Shown piece by piece: positions 19,329-28,472 of a stretch of DNA of 64,000 nucleotides. This DNA is from Turneriella sp. (GTDB lineage: Bacteria > Spirochaetota > Leptospiria > Turneriellales > Turneriellaceae): contig CBDIID010000003.1 in the NCBI GenBank assembly GCA_965279515.1, positions 3,232,001-3,296,000 of the forward strand, written 5' to 3'. The translations under genes and the position numbers were made by a program. Every line of letters starts with the position of its first letter. Position 1 is the stretch's first letter. The notes under the pieces were generated by a model. The model saw nothing but the letters and a program-made list of their open reading frames with translations. It was not told the origin of the DNA and made no database searches.

Positions 19329-20711
19329 TTAACTCGTAGGGCCTGTATCCACCGCAGCCTCGATGGTATTTTGCACCGTGGGATTTACCTCGGATAAGAG
19401 GTCGTAACCCGTAGCAGCTTCAATGGAATTCACGGTGACGCGGTACGTCCCCCAGTTCACAGAGCGGATGCCCTGCGTATTCGGCATGTTGACCGCGATG
19501 ATCCGCGTTGAGGTGGTGACGCGCGTCGCGTCGTTGGAGCCTGTGGGCAACACGACGATGACTTTCCATGTACGGTTCGGTACTTTGACACGGCCGCTGT
19601 CGATCGTGGTCTTTGCGCCGTTGGAGCCTGTGCCGCCGCTACCGTAGCTGCCTGCGTAAATGTAAAGTTCATAACCCGCGTCGACGAGCGAGCGCTCATA
19701 ATCTTCGAGCCGCGCCCATGGTCCCTGGTTGTTGTCGGGTGCCTGCGGCATCATGTTTGTCATCAGAAACGTCGACGAGTTCACGGCGACGGAGCTGGTG
19801 CGGTCGGCCGACGGACAATAATGCCCGCGGTCAAATCCGCTCGAGGAAAAACTGCTGCCGCCCACCTGGTACCAGCCCGAAGGCAAAGTGGTATCAGCAC
19901 GGAAGTCGTCCTGCCGTGCGGCCGAACCGATCCACGAAGGGTCTAGGTGCCATGCTACCCAGTTCGCCTTGCCTTCGTCGCGGCTGTAAGACATCGCGTA
20001 CTGTGATTTTACCATCAGGTAATTTGAATACGAGCCTGTGCTGGTGACAGCGCCGCTGGGATTTCCCATCGTGATATGTTCACTGAGGCCCGTGTCTGAG
20101 CCAACATACGAGGTGACCGCGATGTCATCGAGGTTCAGCCGTGCCGTGCCGCCTGAAATCTTGCGGATCTCGAAGCGGATTGTGCCGCCCTGGTTGACCG
20201 TGAAAGTCGCGGTTGCAAGCGTCGTCGAACTCGTTGTGACAGTGCCGCCGACCTTGGTCCATGAACTTCCGGAATTGGAGGATTTCCAGAGTTCCCAGCT
20301 ACTCGCCGCATCAGTGCCATAGACACCGTGCTTCACAGTCACGGTGCCGGCGCCCGTTGTCAGATTGAAAAGCATCGTGAGCTTTCCCACCTGTTGCAGG
20401 CGCACAGCTTTTGTGCCCGCTTTACGGTCGTTCGTCGCTGTGCCGATGAGGGCATCGTCAAGCGTCCATGATCCGGTTTCGAGTGCGACAGAAGCTGCCG
20501 CGTAGCTTGTTTTCGAACCGTTTTCAAACGGTTCTGTTGTTGTGGTAACTCCACCCGAAGTCGTTACCAAATTTGCGGGATTGTTTAATCCCAGATTCAC
20601 ATCGGGGGCTTCCTGGGTGATGGAGCCACCGGCGCACGAGCTGACCAAGATTGCCGTGAGGAAAATCTTAGTCAAGGGTCTGGCCGTGCGAACCAGAGCG
20701 ATAAGCGTCAT
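19329..20711 (-). CDS. Lipoprotein DNA/RNA non-specific endonuclease with an N-terminal beta-rich accessory domain
   Basis: Lipobox LVSSC; active-site motifs NWVAW, RQDDFRAD, FDRGHYCPSADR and TFLMTNMMPQ. Confidence 0.93.
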   Translation of the reverse strand: MTLIALVRTARPLTKIFLTAILVSSCAGGSITQEAPDVNLGLNNPANLVTTSGGVTTTTEPFENGSKTSYAAASVALETGSWTLDDALIGTATNDRKAGTKAVRLQQVGKLTMLFNLTTGAGTVTVKHGVYGTDAASSWELWKSSNSGSSWTKVGGTVTTSSTTLATATFTVNQGGTIRFEIRKISGGTARLNLDDIAVTSYVGSDTGLSEHITMGNPSGAVTSTGSYSNYLMVKSQYAMSYSRDEGKANWVAWHLDPSWIGSAARQDDFRADTTLPSGWYQVGGSSFSSSGFDRGHYCPSADRTSSVAVNSSTFLMTNMMPQAPDNNQGPWARLEDYERSLVDAGYELYIYAGSYGSGGTGSNGAKTTIDSGRVKVPNRTWKVIVVLPTGSNDATRVTTSTRIIAVNMPNTQGIRSVNWGTYRVTVNSIEAATGYDLLSEVNPTVQNTIEAAVDTGPTS

Positions 20712-20883
20712 AAAAAACTACCTTTTAGGTATTGGGGGAGGTAAGCAAAAGGTGCGCCAAAAAGTAAATTACTTATTTATTTAGCATAATGACGAATTAT
20801 AAGAGTGTGGGATTGCTCCTGAATACATGGCATTCATTCCTGTTTCAGATCGTATGCGTTGCAGCAGCGTCTAATACAGACCT

Positions 20884-22227
20884 ATGAAATTTACCCATCA
20901 AAACATCTTGGCTCTCACGAGTATCATTCTCTTCACGTCCTGCCAGGGCTTTGGCCGCTTTTGGGAGGTCGGCCCTTATGGACCTTCGATTACTGCCCTC
21001 AACCCGGCGTCGGGCGCTGTGGGCGATAGCGTCGAAATTCTCGGCGAAAGGTTTGGCAGCAACCCCGCCGAGCTCAGGGTGAAATTCGGCACAAAGGATG
21101 CGGTCATTTCCGCAGCGAGCGATGCAAAAATTACCGTGGGCGTGCCGGCAGGTGCGGTCACCGGAACTGTCACCGTGTCGAACGGCAGCGGCACTGCGTT
21201 ATCGCCGGCACCATTTACGGTGGTGAAATATTTTGTCTATGTCGCCAATGGCGGCGCCTCGAGTTTTTCGGGTTATGCGCTTGATATGAGTTCGGGAGCT
21301 TTAACACAGATTGCGGGTTCGCCCTTTGCGCTGACCTCGTCGCCCGAAGGTTTACAACTTCACCCCACGGGAAAATTTATCTATTCTACTCTCTCCGCTT
21401 CAGGCGTCGTTGGGTTTGCTCTCAATGGCTCGGGTTTTCCGACGATGATTGGCGGCCCTAATGCCGCGGGTAACGGACCCGTGAGTGTGATGATCGACCC
21501 GGCAGGCAAAAACCTCTTTGTGGCGAGCACAACTTCAGATACTGTTTCGCCTTTTTCCATTTCCAGCTCGGGTGCCTTGACTGCCAACGGTGCGAATTTG
21601 CCGACGGGCTCAAATCCGGAAAAAGGTGTTATCGATCCCACAGGAAGATTCCTCTACATCGCCAACGATAATGTGGCGAGCAATAACCTGAGCGGCTTTG
21701 CGATCAATGCGACCGCCGGGACCATCACGGGTTTGGGTACGTTCCCTGCCGGCACAAATCCGTGGGCCGCGGCGATCGACCCTTCGGGGTCATATCTCTA
21801 CAGCACCAATTCCGGGAACAATAATCTTTCCGCTTTCACGATAGATAAGAATACGGGGGCTTTATTGGCTGGTACCATTCCCGGCGCCCCTTTTGCCGTC
21901 GGGGGAAATCCGCGCGGTGTTACAGTCTCGCCTTCTGGAAAATATGTCTACGTCACAAACAGCGGCGGCGCTTCGATCTCCGCATTTTCGATGAATGCCG
22001 GTGTGTTAACCCCGATTGCCCTATCACCCTTTGCCGCGGGTACCAATCCGGAGACGATTGTGATTGATCCGAAAGAGAAATATCTCTATGTCTCGAATTC
22101 CGCGAGTGCGAATATCTTTGGTTATGCGATCAATGCGGCAACGGGCGCGCTGACCCCCTTACCCAGTTCTCCCTATGCGACAGCCAATAGCCCCACCGGG
22201 CTCACGCTCGGCGGCGTGCCGCAATAA
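20884..22227 (+). CDS. Lipoprotein with an IPT/TIG domain and a lactonase-like beta-propeller
   Basis: FTSC lipobox; PSITALNPASGAVGDSVEILG (IPT); repeated P.G.YLY..N...S.F.I...G.LT blades. Confidence 0.85.
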   Translation: MKFTHQNILALTSIILFTSCQGFGRFWEVGPYGPSITALNPASGAVGDSVEILGERFGSNPAELRVKFGTKDAVISAASDAKITVGVPAGAVTGTVTVSNGSGTALSPAPFTVVKYFVYVANGGASSFSGYALDMSSGALTQIAGSPFALTSSPEGLQLHPTGKFIYSTLSASGVVGFALNGSGFPTMIGGPNAAGNGPVSVMIDPAGKNLFVASTTSDTVSPFSISSSGALTANGANLPTGSNPEKGVIDPTGRFLYIANDNVASNNLSGFAINATAGTITGLGTFPAGTNPWAAAIDPSGSYLYSTNSGNNNLSAFTIDKNTGALLAGTIPGAPFAVGGNPRGVTVSPSGKYVYVTNSGGASISAFSMNAGVLTPIALSPFAAGTNPETIVIDPKEKYLYVSNSASANIFGYAINAATGALTPLPSSPYATANSPTGLTLGGVPQ

Positions 22228-22359
22228 AGCGGCCGAAACCTATTCGCGTCGCTCTGATGCCGTCGGGTTTCTGGTATAAGTAGGATTTCCTACGGAGCAC
22301 GAGTATCTGCCTTCGAAAAATACATTTCAACAGAACCTACACTCGCCGGTCCAGTCGCA

Positions 22360-23409
22360 TCATTCAGAGAGAAATTTTTCGTAGAGGGCGTCGGTGACTT
22401 TGCCGCTCTCAAAACCGTCATAGTTTGAAATTGTGATAATCCACGCTTCGCGTGCCGGGTAGTAGATGACGCTGGAGATATAGCCGCCCCAGCTGCCGTC
22501 ATGCGTGAATGAAATTTCGCCGTCGTCGTCGTATTTTTCAAGCCCGTACGCATAGGCGGGGCCGCCCTTTGCGGTGAGCGGCGTGAAATATTTCTTCATA
22601 TTCTTCGCATCCGTGAGTTTCGCGCGGTGCAGAGCCGAGAACCATTGATGCAGGTCGAAAATATTCGCAATGACGCTGCCGTCGCCGACCATGGTGTCGC
22701 AGCCTGAAAACACATACGGGCCTTCTTTCCAGCTTTCATAATGGCCCACCACAGGCAGGCTTTGATATTTTTGCAACGACGCGGGAGTCAGAATAAACGA
22801 ATCCTTTAAACCTGCGGGAGTGAAAATCCGCCGGGCCATAAAATCTTCAAAGGGCATTCCGCCCACGCGCGCGACGATTTCGGCGAGCAGCCCGTAACCC
22901 GAATTCGAATACTGGTATTTTTTGCCCGGCGCAAACTGTGCCTTTTTTGTGGTCTTGAGAAAGTCGACGAGCGCCTGGTTTGTCATCGGCGCGTCGTTAC
23001 TGCCGCAGATACCCTCGTAGTCCGGCAATCCGCCCTGGTGGTGAATCAGGTGGCGGATGGTAATCGGCGCAGTGTATTTCGGCAGTTCGGGAATATATTT
23101 GCGAATCGAATCCGAGGCGGTAATTTTTCCATCTGCCTCAAGCAGCAGCACGGCCATCGCGGTAAAATGTTTCGAGGCCGAAGCCATGTTGAAACGGTAT
23201 TCGGGCTTCATGGCGATCTTCTTATCGATATGCGCATACCCGGCCGCGCCGGAATAGACGATTTTGCCCTTAATGGCAACGAGCGCCACGATGCCAGGGC
23301 CGTTTTTGGGTACAAAGGAAGCGAGCGGAAAGTCTGCAGCAGAAGCGGAAATGACGGGTGTGATCAGAACTATAGCCGTCAGAAGCGCCGCCGCGAATTG
23401 TGTTGCCAT
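22360..23409 (-). CDS. Serine hydrolase, beta-lactamase (class C/AmpC-like) family
   Basis: SxxK (ASASKHF), YSN and HDG motifs; signal peptide from ATG 23409. Confidence 0.92.
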   Translation of the reverse strand: MATQFAAALLTAIVLITPVISASAADFPLASFVPKNGPGIVALVAIKGKIVYSGAAGYAHIDKKIAMKPEYRFNMASASKHFTAMAVLLLEADGKITASDSIRKYIPELPKYTAPITIRHLIHHQGGLPDYEGICGSNDAPMTNQALVDFLKTTKKAQFAPGKKYQYSNSGYGLLAEIVARVGGMPFEDFMARRIFTPAGLKDSFILTPASLQKYQSLPVVGHYESWKEGPYVFSGCDTMVGDGSVIANIFDLHQWFSALHRAKLTDAKNMKKYFTPLTAKGGPAYAYGLEKYDDDGEISFTHDGSWGGYISSVIYYPAREAWIITISNYDGFESGKVTDALYEKFLSE

Positions 23410-23475
23410 GGGGTGGCAGCAGATATCGCTGTGGGCGGGCGTAAATTCGGAATTCAAAAGGAAGTTTATTCAACC

Positions 23476-23928
23476 ATGCAACATTTCCAGAAAAAATCCC
23501 GCATGGCGGCCAGTGCGGCGCGGGTCTTTGCGTTCCATGAAGCGCCGGATGCCTTTGCGCGCCTGCAACCGCCCTGGCAAAAATCACAGGTCATCTTGCC
23601 GCCCGTATCGCTGGCTGTGGGAACGCGGGTTATCCTGCGTACGAAAATCGGTCCTCTGTGGCAGACGATCGAATCAGAACATACGGAGTACGAGCCGGGC
23701 CGCATGTTTGCCGATCGCATGGTGAGGGGACCGTTTCGTTATTGGTTGCACCGGCATATTATCGAACCGGTGGGCGCAAATGAATGCACGTTGGTCGATG
23801 ACATTTCCTATGCGTTGCCCTTAGGTGTATTGGGCGATCTATTCGGCGGTGGCTTCGCCCGACGCGAACTCGAAAGACTTTTTGAGTTCCGGCATGCGGT
23901 GACGCGCGAGATTTGTGAAAAGGATTGA
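23476..23928 (+). CDS. SRPBCC/START-like family protein
   Basis: ATG 23476; VFAFHE..DAF.RLQPPW, FADRMVRGPFRYWLHRH and F.FRH. Confidence 0.85.
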   Translation: MQHFQKKSRMAASAARVFAFHEAPDAFARLQPPWQKSQVILPPVSLAVGTRVILRTKIGPLWQTIESEHTEYEPGRMFADRMVRGPFRYWLHRHIIEPVGANECTLVDDISYALPLGVLGDLFGGGFARRELERLFEFRHAVTREICEKD

Positions 23929-23942
23929 GGTTGTGCTTTTAG

Positions 23943-25034
23943 CTACCGCAGCTGATACCCAACGGCGACAGAAAAACTAATTCCGGTAAGATTGGGTGAA
24001 ATGACTTTGCCGCTGTCGCCATTAACGAGCGCCGCAGATCCAGCTTCGACCTTGCGGCTTTCGGCGAAGTAGAAAGGTATGCTGAGCATCAGCAGCACTT
24101 TTCCAAGTTTGTAAGAAATTTCCGGTTTGGCGATTCCTGCGGCGCTCCACGCAGTATAACGCGTTGCTGCGCCGTTCTCTTCGTATTTCACTGAGGTATG
24201 CATGATTCCGGCGCCTAGGCCCAAATTCAGGGAAAAACTTGCGGATAATGGCAGGGTGTAATAAAAAATTAAGAAAGCTGGGACAAAATAACCACTGAGA
24301 TTCAGGGTTACCGTATTCGTATGGTTGGGTGAGCTGACGAAACCCGTGATTTTCTGGAATCCGGCATAACCGATATTCAGACCGACCGCAAATTTATTAT
24401 ATGCCAAGCGTGGTTCCGCAAATACCTGATACTGTAGTTTTGCGGCATCCTGAGTGAGTTGGCCGGAAAAGCTGTTTGTGCTGTTTGTTTGATTCTGTGA
24501 TTTTGCAATGAAAGCGGAAAGTCCGTTCACATATTCGCCGGAGTCTGAGTTCTGGGCCAGATGTAATACGCTACCACCGGTTATGAAAAAATTGAAGGAA
24601 GTTTTTTTTTCTACCGGAGGAGGTTCTTTGGGTTTAATTTCTTCCGTTACGATCTTTGTGGGTTCTTTAAGTTCCGTTTTTGCCGGCGTAAAAAAACGGT
24701 ACTCTCCATTTGCGCGGCGCAGAAAGTGGAGATTCTGGAGCGGCATGCGCGTCTCTACCGCCGAGCCGTTTTCTTTGTAGATGATTTCTTTGTCTGTAAC
24801 ACTGATTATCTTACCTTTGATAACAAGGCTGATTTCGTCTTCTGTTATCGGCCCTTCGGCCGGGTTTTTATTCTCCGAAACCGACGCCGGTCTGTCGTTG
24901 CTGTTTTGACTGCGTTCTTTATCCGGTATCGTCTGCGCGTTGAGATGATTGGCGTTAAAAATTTGGACCGCAATTAAAGACGGTAGACTAAGGAAGAGAA
25001 AAGCGAAGTTTTTTCTTCGCGTAAACCAACGCAT
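23943..25034 (-). CDS. Predicted outer-membrane beta-barrel protein with a small N-terminal periplasmic beta domain
   Basis: Signal peptide; IKGKIISVTDKEIIYK domain; Pro/Lys linker; amphipathic strands ending FSVAVGYQLR. Confidence 0.65.
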   Translation of the reverse strand: MRWFTRRKNFAFLFLSLPSLIAVQIFNANHLNAQTIPDKERSQNSNDRPASVSENKNPAEGPITEDEISLVIKGKIISVTDKEIIYKENGSAVETRMPLQNLHFLRRANGEYRFFTPAKTELKEPTKIVTEEIKPKEPPPVEKKTSFNFFITGGSVLHLAQNSDSGEYVNGLSAFIAKSQNQTNSTNSFSGQLTQDAAKLQYQVFAEPRLAYNKFAVGLNIGYAGFQKITGFVSSPNHTNTVTLNLSGYFVPAFLIFYYTLPLSASFSLNLGLGAGIMHTSVKYEENGAATRYTAWSAAGIAKPEISYKLGKVLLMLSIPFYFAESRKVEAGSAALVNGDSGKVISPNLTGISFSVAVGYQLR

Positions 25035-25058
25035 TCGTAGAGAAGATATGCAAGTTAC

Positions 25059-26645
25059 TTACTGGTACCGAACTATAACAGCTGTATAACTTGCTCCTCC
25101 TGCAATATTACCCGTAGCCTCTACACCCGGCAGATACGTTATGGGTTCGTTGCCATTTTGATAACCGCAACCGACTAACAAGCCATTATTCGCCGCCACG
25201 ATAGCGCCGAAGTTGGATCCAAAATCGCCCAGGACGGTTGTTTTGGCCCATTGCGCGGTACCGCTTGCGTTATATTTGACGATCAGGGCATTATCGTAGG
25301 GGGTCGTGCTTTGCGCCGTGACACCGGTTCCATAGGTATATGCAGCGTTAGCCGCTTGATATCCGGCAACGTAAATGTCGCCCGAGCTAAGAACTGCAAT
25401 AGTGCGAAAAACCTGCGACATGGTGGCGGTAACAACTGTTTTTGCCCACTGCGGAGTGCCATCCGGTGCATATTTGAGTAATACGGCATTGGCGGCGCCG
25501 GCAGCGGGGCCCGTTGCCGTAACTCCGTTGCCATACGCAAATGCAGAGTTCCCGTTTTGATTTCCGGTTACATAAATATTACCCGCGTTGTCTTTCGCAA
25601 TGCTTGAAAAAGCCGAGGTGGATGCTCCGGAGTTGGCTGAGCGTGCCCACTGGGCATTGCCGGCCAAATCGTATTTTACCAAAACTGCATTAGAACCGGT
25701 CGCTGGCCCTGTCGCGTTAATACCAGTAGCGTAAGAAACAGCGGCGTTACCATTTTGATAACCGACGGCATAAATATTTCCTGAATTATCGACAGCGAGA
25801 TTTTCAAAACTAGACTGGTTCGTGGCACTGGTGATCGTTCGCGCCCACTGAGCAGTGCCATTGGAATCATACTTCACCAAAACGGCGTGAGAGCTTCCCG
25901 CTGACGGTGGAATCGAAACAACCCCGATTCCATACGTATGCGATGAATTCGCCGCTTGATTTCCGGCTGCATAGATATTGCCTGAACTATCGATGGCAAC
26001 TGCTTTGAATGCTCCCGATGCTCCCGTGCTTATGGTTCTCGCCCAAAGTGCGGTACCCGCCCCGCTGTATTTGACGATGACGGGATAACTCGAAGAGCCA
26101 GGACCTGTCGCCGATACGCCTGCACCATAAGTAAAAACACCGCTTTCCTGAAAACCAACAGCATAAATACTGCCGGAAGAATCCGCGGCCACACCGGGAA
26201 AATCCGACCCCATACCGTTCGCGCTACTTGGCACGCGCGCCCATTGTGGCGTGCCGCTTAAATTGTATTTTACAAGGACTGCGTTATAAGAAGCGCCATC
26301 TCCGGAGACAGTGATTCCAGGGCCAAAGGTATAAGGCGTGTTTAGGTCTATTGTGCCCGCGGCAAAAATATTATTGGAGCCGTCTATCGTGGCACCTTTG
26401 AAGAACGAGTCATAATCTCCCGATGCTGTTTTTGCCCATTGCATAGGGGTGATGCCGGTACCATTTCCCGAATGATTTGTATCTGAACAATTTTGCGAAC
26501 TGTAATATTGACACCGCCAAGCTGACGCTGAATCATTTTCCGTGTTACCGTGGACGCATGCCTGGAGCAGCAACCCGGAGGCTACAAAAGCACCGGCAAA
26601 CAGTCGGTTCATTATGGTACGCATATATCTACAGACAAACCCCAT
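25059..26645 (-). CDS. Seven-repeat beta-propeller lipoprotein (SBBP-like)
   Basis: LLLQAC lipobox; seven ~66-aa repeats VKY...G..QWA[RK]...F...A.D..G.IY..G.Q. The true start may be ATG 26624 or 26612. Confidence 0.82.
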   Translation of the reverse strand: MGFVCRYMRTIMNRLFAGAFVASGLLLQACVHGNTENDSASAWRCQYYSSQNCSDTNHSGNGTGITPMQWAKTASGDYDSFFKGATIDGSNNIFAAGTIDLNTPYTFGPGITVSGDGASYNAVLVKYNLSGTPQWARVPSSANGMGSDFPGVAADSSGSIYAVGFQESGVFTYGAGVSATGPGSSSYPVIVKYSGAGTALWARTISTGASGAFKAVAIDSSGNIYAAGNQAANSSHTYGIGVVSIPPSAGSSHAVLVKYDSNGTAQWARTITSATNQSSFENLAVDNSGNIYAVGYQNGNAAVSYATGINATGPATGSNAVLVKYDLAGNAQWARSANSGASTSAFSSIAKDNAGNIYVTGNQNGNSAFAYGNGVTATGPAAGAANAVLLKYAPDGTPQWAKTVVTATMSQVFRTIAVLSSGDIYVAGYQAANAAYTYGTGVTAQSTTPYDNALIVKYNASGTAQWAKTTVLGDFGSNFGAIVAANNGLLVGCGYQNGNEPITYLPGVEATGNIAGGASYTAVIVRYQ

Positions 26646-26683
26646 GGCGTTTCATATGCAAAAATACCACGCCTTGCCCGATT

Positions 26684-27769
26684 CTACTCTGCATCGCGTA
26701 CATCCCGCAACAAATGACTCGCAACACGCACCGTGCCCTGTGGCGTGATGATCTGTAGCTGGTTACCACGCATTGTGAAAAAACCAACATACGATTTCCC
26801 ATTGGTCAGGTTTACCCGCGAAATCTTTCCGTATTTCCTGCGGATATCGGCCAAGGTCAATTTAGGTGCTGAGCCCTGATTCTCAGCCAATAAGATTTTT
26901 TCCGCCAGTGCGCTGAGCCCGGTCTGAGCCGTCGTGCGGGTCAAATCGTGAAGAAGGCGCAAAAAACCCAGCTCGCCTGCTGATAGTGCAGCAACAGTGA
27001 GTTGGCTGTCCTTTGGTGATACAAATATTTTCTGGCCGGCTTCGAGTAATGTAGGCTTTCCGGATGTTGGCTGTCCCGGATTCTGTTCCACTGGGCTTAC
27101 CTGTACAATGCCTTCAAGCACAGATACGTGTGTGCCTTGCTCGTCGGTCTGAACGCTAAAACCCGTGCCGATGACTTTAATTTCAGCAGAGGGTGTGATG
27201 ATCTTTAAAAGCGCCTGGCCCTTTGTCACGTCAGAGTAAAAGAGGCCTTTTTCCAGAACGAGTTCGATATCGGATTTTCCGGAAGTTAAAGTACTCTTGA
27301 CTGATCTCACGCGCGAGCCCGGTCCGAGGATCGTTTTAACGGAGTCACCGTGATGGATGACGGCAAGAGATCCTGCGCTTGTGGTCAGAGGCTGATCTTT
27401 AATCGCCGTTCCGGTTTGGAGGACCTGCCCACCGGCCTGTACGTCCCCTTTGCTGAAAACCAAATGTGCTTTCGGGCCGGTGGGTTGCCTGAGTATCAAT
27501 GTCAGGCCGGTCGCAACCATGACCATCGCTGCGATTCCCCCTGCTACCCAGGTCTTCATGCGGGCAGAGGCTTTGCGAGGTTGGATTATCCCCGTTTGAT
27601 TAAATTCTGCGAGAATGCTGTTCTTTTCACGGAGTAGTTTCTCCTTAAGAATTGACGTGCCTTCGACTGAAAGCCCCGAGAGCTCACCGGTCGCGCCTTG
27701 CTTTCTTCTCTCGATTTCAGTCAATCGGACGAGCATACTTTTTCCCGTGTTCTTTTGCTGGCCACTCAT
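26684..27769 (-). CDS. FecR-domain anti-sigma factor
   Basis: Single TM (WVAGGIAAMVMVATGLTLIL), then FecR core TPSAEIKVIGTGFSV...VSVLEGIV; ATGA-type overlap with the ECF sigma gene. Confidence 0.88.
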   Translation of the reverse strand: MSGQQKNTGKSMLVRLTEIERRKQGATGELSGLSVEGTSILKEKLLREKNSILAEFNQTGIIQPRKASARMKTWVAGGIAAMVMVATGLTLILRQPTGPKAHLVFSKGDVQAGGQVLQTGTAIKDQPLTTSAGSLAVIHHGDSVKTILGPGSRVRSVKSTLTSGKSDIELVLEKGLFYSDVTKGQALLKIITPSAEIKVIGTGFSVQTDEQGTHVSVLEGIVQVSPVEQNPGQPTSGKPTLLEAGQKIFVSPKDSQLTVAALSAGELGFLRLLHDLTRTTAQTGLSALAEKILLAENQGSAPKLTLADIRRKYGKISRVNLTNGKSYVGFFTMRGNQLQIITPQGTVRVASHLLRDVRDAE

Positions 27770-28356
27770 TTTAACAGACCATCCTCCGCGGCGGTTGTAT
27801 GCAAATCTTTTAGTTTGTCCCTGAGAATGTGGATTCCCCTCGTGTACCAGCTATTGACCGATCCCAACGGCTCGTCGAGAATCTCGGCAATTTCGGCGTT
27901 CGAATAATCCAGCAGCTTGAGCTCAACGACGCCCCGGTATTGGCTATCCAGCTGGTGTATAGCCGAGTTGAGCCGCGCCAGGACTTCTTTGCGGTATGCC
28001 TGTTCGTGGAGCGAATCGATTTCCCGGATAATCCGCCAATGGTTTGGATTTTCCCCATCGAAGGTTTCGAGCGCTTTGCTTGCGTTGAATTCCTTTTTCC
28101 GCCAGTTGGAAGAAAAATTGAGAGCAGAGCGCAATAAATAGGCCGTAAAAACCGCTTCGTTTTCCCCGGCGAATTTTGCGAACAGATTCGTTTTCAAAAT
28201 GTGGTAAAAAAACTCCTGCGTGGCATCCTCAACGTCGTTGGGATAAACATTCTTGCGGACATAGGCCTTGATTAGGGCCGAATATTCACCGATAAAAAAG
28301 TCCAATGCCTTCTCATCGAGATTGCGCAAACCCTTGAGTAGATCATGAAAAAGCAT
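27766..28356 (-). CDS. ECF sigma factor
   Basis: Start placed at ATG 28356; DVEDATQEFF (region 2) and YSNAEIAEILDEPLGSVNSWYTRG (region 4). Confidence 0.9.
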   Translation of the reverse strand: MLFHDLLKGLRNLDEKALDFFIGEYSALIKAYVRKNVYPNDVEDATQEFFYHILKTNLFAKFAGENEAVFTAYLLRSALNFSSNWRKKEFNASKALETFDGENPNHWRIIREIDSLHEQAYRKEVLARLNSAIHQLDSQYRGVVELKLLDYSNAEIAEILDEPLGSVNSWYTRGIHILRDKLKDLHTTAAEDGLLK

Positions 28357-28472
28357 GCGGGTCCGGTAGGCGAGACCGTGGCGAGTTTTGTTGGCGTAAA
28401 GTAGAATCGCTGTCATTTCGCTTTTCCAAAAATGCTTGTTCCCCTTTCAAAAGACAAATAACCAACCCGTGC

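Noticed and set aside
22228..22360. GAAAC...GTC...CTGATG arrangement resembling a hammerhead ribozyme, plus the palindrome GTAGGA-TT-TCCTAC
   Set aside because: The core reads CTGATGC rather than CTGATGA, and stems I and III cannot form. The short palindrome between convergent genes is not enough to call a feature.
25059..26460. Periodic ~200-bp sequence similarity that might suggest an array
   Set aside because: It is explained by protein-level beta-propeller repeats; there are no identical DNA repeats with spacers, so it is not CRISPR.
26645..26660. Sigma-54-like TGGCGTTTCATATGCA on the + strand
   Set aside because: It points antisense into the FecR gene with no + strand gene to drive; likely chance.
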